Below, piece by piece: positions 49,092 to 57,330 of a stretch of DNA of 64,000 bases (its first letter is position 1; the number at the start of each line of letters is the position of its first letter). The stretch spans positions 17,309 through 81,308 of the forward strand of contig JBGTGQ010000034.1 of the NCBI GenBank assembly GCA_041746635.1, read 5' to 3'. The stretch is from Terrimicrobiaceae bacterium. GTDB lineage: Bacteria; Verrucomicrobiota; Verrucomicrobiia; Chthoniobacterales; Terrimicrobiaceae. Under the pieces are notes generated by a model, which was given only the letters and a program-made list of their open reading frames with translations, had not been told where the DNA came from and ran no database searches. Position numbers and translations under genes: made by a program.

Positions 49092-49104
49092 CAGGAAATC
49101 CAGA

Positions 49105-49623
49105 TTATTGATGGCTTTGTAGGCGCCAAACGAGATCACAGAATTCGCGCACAGCCCCATGGCCACCGGGCCGCAAGGTCCGAAACCGCGCCAAGGAGAC
49201 CACTTCCTCGACGGCGTCGGCGACCACCACCGGCAAACCCACGACCCGAAGACAGGCCGCATCGTTGACATCGTTGCCCAGAAAAGACGTTTCCTCCATT
49301 TTGAGGTGTTTTTCGGCCAGGAACGAACTCAAGGCCCCCGCCTTGTCTTCACAACCTTGCACGCAGGGTAACTTCAACTTGCGACAGCGCGCGCTCACCA
49401 CCGGATTAACCTCCGTGGAAATAACAACGGCAGAAATGCCGATTGAGCGCAACCGTTCGAGGCCTATGCCATCCGCCCGGCTGCAGCGAACGGATTCCTC
49501 TCCAGTTTCGGAGACATAGACCGCATTGTCGGTAAAAACCCCGTCGAAGTCGAAGGCGGCGCAGCGCAATCGACCCAGCAGCGCGAGATCGGCCTCCGCC
49601 AGGGACGAATACAACTCGCTCAC
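49105..49623 (-). CDS. HAD-superfamily KdsC-type (C0) phosphatase, candidate nonulosonate-9-phosphate phosphatase
   Basis: FDFDGVFTDN (motif I) and GNDVND (motif IV), 172 aa. GTGA overlap with the synthase gene. Confidence 0.8.
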   Translation of the reverse strand: MSELYSSLAEADLALLGRLRCAAFDFDGVFTDNAVYVSETGEESVRCSRADGIGLERLRSIGISAVVISTEVNPVVSARCRKLKLPCVQGCEDKAGALSSFLAEKHLKMEETSFLGNDVNDAACLRVVGLPVVVADAVEEVVSLARFRTLRPGGHGAVREFCDLVWRLQSHQ

Positions 49624-50672
49624 GCCAGATTATCATCCGTGAAAAAATCGTCTTCCGCAAGGGCAGCCTTCAATTTTTTCCCGATAAGTGAATCGATCTC
49701 GTAAGGAGGCATACCTCCCGCAGGCACCTTAATCGCGACGTGCTCGCTGGTGATCACGGTTCCGGCGGGAAGATCCCGCGCGGCGAAGAGGCTCTTGCCC
49801 ATCTTGGTGATGGCGGGGATTTCCTGGGGCAAAACCTGCTTCTCCGGGCTGCCCAGCGCTTCGCGGGCACGCTCCAGATCGCGCACCATCTTGTGCATGC
49901 CGATCGGCTCAAGGGAAAGGGCATGATCCGTTCCCTTCCAAGTATGATTAAGGGTGAAATGCTTCTCGATCACGCGAGCTCCGAGAACATAAGCCGCCAC
50001 GGTCAGGGAGATGCCGTTGAAGTGATCGGAAAGACCGATGACGACATCAGGAAAAGCCTCACGCAGGGTGGGAATGACGCGCAGGTGCATATCCCTCGCC
50101 TCCGTCGGATAAGTCGCCGTGCATTGCAGGAAGCAAAGCTGGGGATTGATCGGAGCGATCTCCTCGTAAACCCGTTTGACATCGTCGAGGGACCCGCCGC
50201 CGGAACTGATAATCATGGGCTTCTTGAACCCGGCAACATGCTTGAGGAGCGGGAGATTCTTCAGATCGGCCGAGGCAATTTTGTACAGCGGCAGGTCGAG
50301 GTCCGCGAGAAAGTCTGCGCTGGCATGATCGAAAGCCGTGGCGAAAAAGTGGATGTCCAGTTCCTTGGCCAGTTGTTGGAATTCGAGATAGTCCTTTTTG
50401 CCAAACTCCAGAAATTCGCGGTGTTCTCCATACGTCTTGCCGAAGCTGTTTTCGTTTTCGTAGGGTTTGTTATAAGCGGCTTTGGTGAAGAGCGTTTTGT
50501 TTTCGCGTTTCTGGAGCTTCACGGCCTGCACACCGGCCATCTTCGCGGCCCGGATGAGGTCGAGAGTTTTCTCCACGTCGCCTTGTCCGTTGTTGCCCAG
50601 TTCGGCAATGACATAACAGTTGCTGTCGTCATCGATGCGGGTGCCTTGAATGGTGAGGTGTCGGTCTTTCAT
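49620..50672 (-). CDS. neuB: nonulosonic acid (sialic acid/KDN) synthase, NeuB family, NANS-like subtype with SAF domain
   Basis: CYVIAELGNNGQGD, GKTYGEHREFLEF, FLQCTATYP, GLSDH, TWKGTDHALSLEP and a C-terminal SAF-like domain. Confidence 0.85.
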   Translation of the reverse strand: MKDRHLTIQGTRIDDDSNCYVIAELGNNGQGDVEKTLDLIRAAKMAGVQAVKLQKRENKTLFTKAAYNKPYENENSFGKTYGEHREFLEFGKKDYLEFQQLAKELDIHFFATAFDHASADFLADLDLPLYKIASADLKNLPLLKHVAGFKKPMIISSGGGSLDDVKRVYEEIAPINPQLCFLQCTATYPTEARDMHLRVIPTLREAFPDVVIGLSDHFNGISLTVAAYVLGARVIEKHFTLNHTWKGTDHALSLEPIGMHKMVRDLERAREALGSPEKQVLPQEIPAITKMGKSLFAARDLPAGTVITSEHVAIKVPAGGMPPYEIDSLIGKKLKAALAEDDFFTDDNLA

Positions 50673-50814
50673 GTATGATGTATGGGTTTTTGATTTTAGA
50701 AATTGAGTTTTTTTGCTAAAACAACGGTTGCAGTGTTTGGGGGTCGGAGCGTTTGAGCGAAGAATGGCGAGGGATGGTTTGTTTCTGACGGAAAATTGCA
50801 GGCTAGACGGAATT

Positions 50815-52176
50815 TCAAGCCCGGTCAGCCAGATTTATTTTCAACTCACGAGCACGCCGCGTGATTTTGGGAATCAATTTGCGGCGGAGCGCTCCCTCGT
50901 CCGATATATACTGCGCCAGTTTGAATAGACGCTTCGGCGTGACGGAGATCGTCATCTCGCGCGATCTCCGCTGGGTGCGAGTGAGAATGTACCTGACCCA
51001 CCATTTGGTCAGCGTTTTTCCAAGGAACAGGCGGGCAGACCAAAGGGAAGCCTGTCGCAACTTGAGATCGAGGACTTCGATCTCCTCGATCTGTCGATCT
51101 CTGGCGGACTTTTCCGTGGGGATCGGTCCGAATCCAGCGCACACCCTTTCGAGGGTTTCGAGACGATATTGCAAAATCTGCCTCAACTGGCGCGCTTCGT
51201 TCAAAAACTCCATTTGCCCACCTTCGGTTCCGCAACCAAAAGAGGAATCCGCCTGCGGCGCTTGAAATTCAAGCAACCTCTCGGAAATATGCTGACGCAA
51301 ACAAACCCCCGCTTCGCGATCACGTTCCTTCTTGTGAGTCTCAATGAACTCCGAAAAGACTTCGCAACCCCATTCGCGTTCTTCGGACGGCACTTCCTCG
51401 GTGAATTTGGCGTGAAAAGATCGCAAGGGATGACGCTCCGGACTCAGATGACGCCGGAGAAAGCTTCCCTGCATCGCGCTCCAAACAGAATGGAGCAAAA
51501 GCTTTTCATATCTGGCTTCGTAAAGGCGCTTGTTTCGCGCGATGCGCTCCTTCCTTTCCTTGCCTCCAATCCAGGAATCACCCTCATGATGACGGAAATG
51601 ATCAATGGCGATCTTCTTGGAAAAAACGACATCCAAGCCAGCCAGCAAGACCCGGGTGGTCAGATCATTGTCAATGAAGTAGTCGCGTAAGTTTTCGTCA
51701 AAGCCTCCCAATTCCCGAAAGACGCTGGTGCGTAATACGCCTTGATTACAATTGAGAACTCCGGTGGTTCCCACGGTGCCAATGAAGGGAAGATGCGCGG
51801 AGGGACCAGTCACATCCTTCACCTTCAAGCTGACTAAACCTATGGAGGAATCCTGGTCGAGAACCTGGACAGCATGCCGCAAGGCACCCGGACGAATGAC
51901 ATTATCATCACTCAACCAGCACAGATAGTCCGTTTTGGCTTGGTCCGCCGCGCGGTTCAAGGCCCACGCCTGACCATTGCGCTCTTTTTCCAAAACGACC
52001 TGAACGTCGGTTTGCGTCTGGAGATACTCCCTCGTTCCATCCGTTGATCCCGCATCGATTACCACAATCGATACAAAATCATAACCTTCGCCGCGCACTA
52101 AAGCAAGACAGCGTTCGAAAAGCGCCTTGCGATTGCAGGTGCCTATCACCACGGTGATACGAGGTCCGTTAGCCAT
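50815..52176 (-). CDS. GT2 glycosyltransferase with a helical C-terminal extension of about 200 aa (paralogue of 58618..59892)
   Basis: ITVVIGTCNRKALFERCL...VIDAGSTDGT...WLSDDN. ATG at 52176 (MANGPR). The tail contains heptad-like stretches (FLNEARQLRQILQYRLETLERV). Confidence 0.75.
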   Translation of the reverse strand: MANGPRITVVIGTCNRKALFERCLALVRGEGYDFVSIVVIDAGSTDGTREYLQTQTDVQVVLEKERNGQAWALNRAADQAKTDYLCWLSDDNVIRPGALRHAVQVLDQDSSIGLVSLKVKDVTGPSAHLPFIGTVGTTGVLNCNQGVLRTSVFRELGGFDENLRDYFIDNDLTTRVLLAGLDVVFSKKIAIDHFRHHEGDSWIGGKERKERIARNKRLYEARYEKLLLHSVWSAMQGSFLRRHLSPERHPLRSFHAKFTEEVPSEEREWGCEVFSEFIETHKKERDREAGVCLRQHISERLLEFQAPQADSSFGCGTEGGQMEFLNEARQLRQILQYRLETLERVCAGFGPIPTEKSARDRQIEEIEVLDLKLRQASLWSARLFLGKTLTKWWVRYILTRTQRRSREMTISVTPKRLFKLAQYISDEGALRRKLIPKITRRARELKINLADRA

Positions 52177-54466
52177 GTTCTGCGGGAAGACTTGCGCGAT
52201 CATTGGACAGACCGTCTGGCGGAAAGACCGAGCTTTTCCACTCCTCAATGTGGCAGGTAAAATCTGTGATGCATGGCGTGAAGGCGGCCGGGGTCAGGAA
52301 ACCGGTTCCATAATAATCCCCTTCCTCAACCAGCAAGAATTCCGGCGGTTTCAGGGTGTCCATTAACTCCCCGTTTATCATGAGTGAGAGAGAAAATGAA
52401 TAGCTCCCCGCCACTAGGGGAAGCTTGGGGAGCATAAAGCAAACTGCTGCCTGATCCGGGAACGGTTCCAGGCTCCCCCCAACCATCCTGCTATCCAATC
52501 CCAAGACACGAACGCCCTCTTTGTTAAGAATCAGGAGCTTGATTTTGGCTTTAGAGATTTCCGCAGCCAACGGGAAAGTTTTCACGCATTTGACGACCAG
52601 GCGGCAGGTCTCTCCGGTGCGAAAGCTGCTGGTCGCACGGTTATGGATATCGCGGGTTTCCAGACTCTGGATCTTGTAGGCGGGAATCTCCTCACCCTCC
52701 AAGTAGCCTCGCATCGGAGGATGCAAGCCTTTCCGCCCCTCAAGGTAACAGATGAATTCCACACAGACAGGAGCAAAAAAGGGCAGGGCGGCACGACAAA
52801 ATCCATAAAAATCACCATCCTCGACAGTAAGCGGGACGTCGGGAACATATTCATCAATCAGTTCCGCATTCATGAAGAGGGAAATCACAAAGGAATATGT
52901 GCCCGCCGCCAAGGGGAGCTTCGGTAACTCAAAATAAATCGTGTCCGCATCAGGAAACGGAACGAACAGAGGCTTCACTAGGCTGCTATCCATTCCAATC
53001 ACGCGGATGCCTTTGTCATTCACAATTGACAGGCGCAGGGTAACCTTCCGAATTTCTTCATTCAGCGGGAAGTTTTTTGCATATTTCACGGCGATGCAAC
53101 ACGGCTCAGCCGTGCGAAAGCTGCTCGTCGCACGGTTATGGATATCGCGGGTTTCCAGACTCAGAATCTTGTAGGCGGGATTTCGCTCACCCTCCAAATA
53201 GCAAGTGAAATCCACGCAAAGAGGAGTAAAGGAAGGGGAGGCCGCGCGACCGGTGCCGTAGAAGTCTCCGTCCTCCACCAAAAAAAAGGCGTCCGGAATA
53301 ACTTTGTCTATCAACTCACCATTCACCGAGAGGGCAAGCGAGAAAGAATACGTGCCCTCCATGAGGGGAAGCTTCGGAATGACGAAACATACCGCACCTG
53401 TGTCGGGAAAAGGAATAAGCTTGGGTTTTACCAAACTGCTATCTAATCCTATAAGGCGATTGCCTTGTTCATTAAGAATCGACAGCCGCAATGTGACTTT
53501 GTCGATGGCTTGCTCTAGGTGGAAGTTATTGGAGTACTTCACGGCGATGCGGCAGGGTTCCCCCGTGCGAAACCTGCCGGCGGGTCGTCCCTGGCCGTCG
53601 CGGGTTTCAACCGCGAGAATTTTATAAGCGGAGTTTTTCGATTCACCCGCCAAGTGAAGGGCTGCGGAGTGCGAGGGAGAATGAACTGCCAGCTTGATAA
53701 TCTGCGCTTTACGATATTCCTCGCAGACCACATCCGTGTCACCGTCCATGCGTACGGTTCCCTTTTCCAACCAGATGACCCGGCTGCACAAGCGTGAAAC
53801 ATGGCCAATACTGTGGCTGACAAAGAGCCCGGTTTGCCCTCCCGAAGCCAGCACCTCAATGCGGTGCAGGCATTTTTCCCGGAAGCCTAGATCACCGACA
53901 GCCAGGACTTCATCGAGAATCATAATTTCGGGCTCGATAATAGCCGCGACGGAGAAAGCCAGGCGCACCCTCATACCGCTGGAATAGCGCTTTACCGGGG
54001 TGTCAATAAATTGATGCAGCTCCGCAAAGTCCAGAATCTCATCAAACTTGCTCTCAATTTCCCCCCGGCTCATACCCAGAACCGCGCCATTGAGAAAAAC
54101 GTTGTCGCGGCCGGTTAGTTCAGGGTGAAATCCTGATCCTACTTCCAGGAGAGTGCCCACCCGGCCATTGATGGTCATTTCCCCTGTTGTGGGGGTCGTG
54201 ACACGGGCGAGAAGCTTCAGCAGGGTGGACTTGCCAGCTCCATTTGTGCCGATGAGTCCGACGGTTTCCCCCTTTTTGATGTCGAAGGAGATGTCTTTGA
54301 GTGCCCAGAATTCCGGCGTGGCGGCGGGCGGAGCCGCAGCGGCTGGTTTACCGCGACGGAAAACACGGTCCCGCCAGCCTCGTAGGTCATCCAGCATCAT
54401 GCGCTGATTCACCGTTCCCAAACGGTATCGTTTGGAAATATTACGGAGGGAGATGGCGATTGGCAT
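52169..54466 (-). CDS. wzt: polysaccharide ABC exporter ATP-binding protein (Wzt/TagH type) with three tandem C-terminal modules
   Basis: Walker A GTNGAGKST, signature YSSGM, Walker B MILDEV. Directly downstream of an ABC-2 permease gene. aa 280-745 form three homologous repeats. Confidence 0.9.
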   Translation of the reverse strand: MPIAISLRNISKRYRLGTVNQRMMLDDLRGWRDRVFRRGKPAAAAPPAATPEFWALKDISFDIKKGETVGLIGTNGAGKSTLLKLLARVTTPTTGEMTINGRVGTLLEVGSGFHPELTGRDNVFLNGAVLGMSRGEIESKFDEILDFAELHQFIDTPVKRYSSGMRVRLAFSVAAIIEPEIMILDEVLAVGDLGFREKCLHRIEVLASGGQTGLFVSHSIGHVSRLCSRVIWLEKGTVRMDGDTDVVCEEYRKAQIIKLAVHSPSHSAALHLAGESKNSAYKILAVETRDGQGRPAGRFRTGEPCRIAVKYSNNFHLEQAIDKVTLRLSILNEQGNRLIGLDSSLVKPKLIPFPDTGAVCFVIPKLPLMEGTYSFSLALSVNGELIDKVIPDAFFLVEDGDFYGTGRAASPSFTPLCVDFTCYLEGERNPAYKILSLETRDIHNRATSSFRTAEPCCIAVKYAKNFPLNEEIRKVTLRLSIVNDKGIRVIGMDSSLVKPLFVPFPDADTIYFELPKLPLAAGTYSFVISLFMNAELIDEYVPDVPLTVEDGDFYGFCRAALPFFAPVCVEFICYLEGRKGLHPPMRGYLEGEEIPAYKIQSLETRDIHNRATSSFRTGETCRLVVKCVKTFPLAAEISKAKIKLLILNKEGVRVLGLDSRMVGGSLEPFPDQAAVCFMLPKLPLVAGSYSFSLSLMINGELMDTLKPPEFLLVEEGDYYGTGFLTPAAFTPCITDFTCHIEEWKSSVFPPDGLSNDRASLPAEHG
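52232..52681 (-). repeat. Wzt C-terminal module copy 3 (aa 596-745)
   Basis: AYKIQSLETRDIHNRATSSFRTGETCRLVVKC...LPLVAGSYSFSLSLMINGELMD...VEEGDYYG...DFTCHIEE. Shares a stretch of about 90 nt, near-identical, with copy 2 (495-nt period). Confidence 0.8.
52682..53176 (-). repeat. Wzt C-terminal module copy 2 (aa 431-595)
   Basis: AYKILSLETRDIHNRATSSFRTAEPCCIAVKY...LPLAAGTYSFVISLFMNAELID...VEDGDFYG...EFICYLEG. Confidence 0.8.
53177..53629 (-). repeat. Wzt C-terminal module copy 1 (aa 280-430)
   Basis: AYKILAVETRD...FRTGEPCRIAVKY...LPLMEGTYSFSLALSVNGELID...VEDGDFYG...DFTCYLEG. Confidence 0.8.
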
Positions 54467-54497
54467 GGTTGAGGGTAATCCGACTTGCGTCAGGAAA

Positions 54498-55346
54498 TTA
54501 AATCGTGTCGGCGAAGTTCTCCTCCGCCCGTTTAAAGGCCCACAGGCCTACGACGAGAAGGATGAGAGTAATGGCCAGGCTAACGAACCATTGCCAGATT
54601 TCAACATCACCCTGTCCCATTAGCGCGAAGCGGAAACTTTCCACAATGGGCACGACGGGATTGATATTCATCAACCACTGGTATTGTTCACCCACCATGG
54701 AGCGGGGAAAGAAAATACAACTGCCATACATCCATAATTGAATGGCAGGAGACACCACCATTTGCAAATCACGGAAGCGCGTCGTGAGCGCCGCTATCAG
54801 ACATCCTACCCCCATGCCCAGTAAAGCCGTTTGAAGAATTAGGGCCGGAATAATAATGACGCGATAACTCGGATGAAGGGGAGCTCCATTCCAATAAAAA
54901 TAGGCATAAAACCCGAGAAAAATGATAAACTGCACCAGAGACAGCCAAAGATTTAGAATAGTCTGGGCGATGGGAATGGTCAGCCTAGGAAAGTAGATCT
55001 TGGTGATCAGAGAGGAGTTGGAAGTGAAAGTTAGCGAGGTCTTAGAAAGACAACTGGAAAAGAAATACCAAACGACAATTCCCGACATGTAAAAGAGAAA
55101 AGGCGGAATCTTATCGGTGGGCAGATTGGCAATGCCTTGGAAGACCAGGGTGAAAGCCACGGTCGTTATCAGGGGCTGGATGAAGTACCATAATGGACCC
55201 ATGACCGTCTGCGAATTAACGGCAATGAAGTCCCGGCGCACGGAAAGCGCGATCAGGTCACGATACTGCCAGATCTCGCGCAATCCGGCCATGATCGAGC
55301 CACGGTTGGTCGTATATTTCCAACTCACAGAGGATGGTTCAGACAT
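54498..55346 (-). CDS. wzm: polysaccharide ABC exporter permease (ABC-2 type, Wzm/TagG/KpsM-like)
   Basis: Six hydrophobic helices. Has ITKIYFPR, RFRD and NPVVP blocks typical of ABC-2 permeases. Confidence 0.9.
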   Translation of the reverse strand: MSEPSSVSWKYTTNRGSIMAGLREIWQYRDLIALSVRRDFIAVNSQTVMGPLWYFIQPLITTVAFTLVFQGIANLPTDKIPPFLFYMSGIVVWYFFSSCLSKTSLTFTSNSSLITKIYFPRLTIPIAQTILNLWLSLVQFIIFLGFYAYFYWNGAPLHPSYRVIIIPALILQTALLGMGVGCLIAALTTRFRDLQMVVSPAIQLWMYGSCIFFPRSMVGEQYQWLMNINPVVPIVESFRFALMGQGDVEIWQWFVSLAITLILLVVGLWAFKRAEENFADTI

Positions 55347-55361
55347 CTTTATCAGTCTTGG

Positions 55362-56336
55362 TTAATGCTTTGCCGAGTCAAGGGAGCGGATTTCAGAAAG
55401 GCCTCGCCCGCGAAGTTTACGGACATAAAGCAGAAATATTCCGACCAGATTCCCGAGTTTGGCGGCGCTGCGAGAGACGGCGAGGGCGTAGTCACGCTCA
55501 GCGGGCTGCTTCCTGCCCCGTTCGCGGAGTAAGGCCGTGAGGAGATTCCGGGGCAGCCACAGAATTTCCTTCACGAACTCGCCGGGGGAAGGATAGGGCA
55601 GCCCAAGTTCAAAACGAATCATGGTATTGGAAAAGGCCGATACATAATACCGGTAGAGAAAATAGGGGAAGCTAAGTTTTCTGGGATCGACATGATGGAA
55701 AACGGGGCATTCCAGTGAGTAATAGATCTTCTGCAAGTTCTCCGGAACGATGTGGCGGTACGTATCGAGCACTTTGCGCTCATCACCGATGACATACTTC
55801 TTGCCCTGCATGCCTCGGGCCGGATCAAAATAGCCCACCTGTCCAAGCACTGCCTTGCGAATGATGAAATTGGCCCCGGTCAACCGGGTCTGACGATAAA
55901 AACCCGACACTTCCACGAATTTTTTGGTTTCATAGGTATCTCGAAACCAACCCGGTCGAGCCGTGGTGTAATAGGGATAGACGGGACCGCCCATGAGGTC
56001 GGGAGTGTGGGTGAGCAGGCACAAAGCCACATTGCAAAGATAATCCTGCGGGATTTTGGCGTCATCATCCAGATAAACCAGATAGTCACCCTGCGCGTGA
56101 TGGCATCCATGGTTGCGCGCCAGGGAGAGGTTGCGGTCCTTAATGCACTCGAACCGGAGGTTTTTGCTTTTGCCCTGGTATTTTTGCACGACCACCGGGG
56201 TTTCGTCGTCGGAATGATTGTCCACGACAAGGATTTCCCAGTCACAGGATGGCGGTGTTGCCGTGCTCAGACTTTCCAGGCAGATCTCCAGCAGGGCGGC
56301 TCGATTAAAAGTGCAAATGATGACCGAAAACAACAT
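55362..56336 (-). CDS. glycosyltransferase family 2 (tandem paralogue B)
   Basis: MLFSVIICTFNRAALLEICLESL...VVDNHSDDET...YLDDDA. ATG at 56336. The 111-codon upstream extension overlaps the neighbouring gene. Confidence 0.85.
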   Translation of the reverse strand: MLFSVIICTFNRAALLEICLESLSTATPPSCDWEILVVDNHSDDETPVVVQKYQGKSKNLRFECIKDRNLSLARNHGCHHAQGDYLVYLDDDAKIPQDYLCNVALCLLTHTPDLMGGPVYPYYTTARPGWFRDTYETKKFVEVSGFYRQTRLTGANFIIRKAVLGQVGYFDPARGMQGKKYVIGDERKVLDTYRHIVPENLQKIYYSLECPVFHHVDPRKLSFPYFLYRYYVSAFSNTMIRFELGLPYPSPGEFVKEILWLPRNLLTALLRERGRKQPAERDYALAVSRSAAKLGNLVGIFLLYVRKLRGRGLSEIRSLDSAKH

Positions 56337-56341
56337 TGCCT

Positions 56342-57304
56342 TCACTGTCTGGGGCTCAGGGGAAATCCGCAGCGAGCGGCGATCGACCGGAGATGCAAGG
56401 TGCACGTTTGCACCAGTTCCCCCAGATTCAGCGCTGCGAGGGCACAAACCATGGCATAATCCCTGTCGTCCCGCTTGCGTTCCTCGAGGAGCCTTCGGGC
56501 AAAGCGGAGGGGCATTCCTGCCATTTCCCTCACCACGATTCGCAACGGAAGCGGTTTCTCTCCAAGTTCCTGACTTATGGCCTTGGTTGAGAACCCGCTG
56601 ACATAATAGCGATACAGAAAATAGGTAAACCGTAATTTGCGAGTATCCACATGGTGCCGCACATGACAATCCAACGCGTAAAATACTTTCTGCTCATCCG
56701 CGGGAGTCAGACGGCGGTAGGCGTCCACCACCTTTCGCTCATCACCAATGACATATTTGTCCGCTTGCATGCCCCACTTGGGGTCAAAGCCTCCCACGTT
56801 CTCGAGGACACTTTTCTTCACGATGAAGTTCGCGCCCGTGGCAATGCGGGGTTGAAGGGAAAAGCCTGAGGCGGAGGCGAACAGCTTTGTCTCATAAGTG
56901 TCGCGAAACCAGGCGGGCTTTCTGGTGGAATAATAGGGATAGACCGGCCCGCTCATGATGTCGGGGGAGTGGTCGTCCAATCGTCGGGCAAGGTTCGCAA
57001 GATAATCGGCCGGGATTTGGGCGTCATCATCGAGATAGACCAAATATTCGCCGCGGGCCTGCCTGCAGCCACGGTTGCGAGCGATGCACAGGTTGCGCTC
57101 CGTCACTTGTTCAAGGCGAAGGCAGTCGAGTCTTGGCTTAAATCTTTGCAGAAGCTGCGGAGTTTCATCCGCAGAATCATTATCCACCACCAAAACCTCC
57201 CACTCGCACGATGGCCGCGCGGCCTGGACGATGCTTTCCAGACAGATCTCCAGCAACCTGGCGCGGTTGTAGGTGCAGATAATGAGCGAGAAAGCGAAAC
57301 TCAT
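56342..57304 (-). CDS. glycosyltransferase family 2 (tandem paralogue A)
   Basis: FSLIICTYNRARLLEICLESI...VVDNDSADET...YLDDDA. Collinear with 55362..56336 over the whole length. Confidence 0.85.
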   Translation of the reverse strand: MSFAFSLIICTYNRARLLEICLESIVQAARPSCEWEVLVVDNDSADETPQLLQRFKPRLDCLRLEQVTERNLCIARNRGCRQARGEYLVYLDDDAQIPADYLANLARRLDDHSPDIMSGPVYPYYSTRKPAWFRDTYETKLFASASGFSLQPRIATGANFIVKKSVLENVGGFDPKWGMQADKYVIGDERKVVDAYRRLTPADEQKVFYALDCHVRHHVDTRKLRFTYFLYRYYVSGFSTKAISQELGEKPLPLRIVVREMAGMPLRFARRLLEERKRDDRDYAMVCALAALNLGELVQTCTLHLRSIAARCGFPLSPRQ

Positions 57305-57330
57305 GGCTGGCGCTCCCGGCGCTTCGGCAT

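Noticed and set aside
52232-53629. A DNA periodicity of about 495 nt, considered as a possible CRISPR-like, satellite or mobile repeat.
   Set aside because: The repeats are in frame inside one long ORF and diverge mainly at the protein-tolerated level. There are no spacers or short direct repeats. They are interpreted as domain duplication within wzt.
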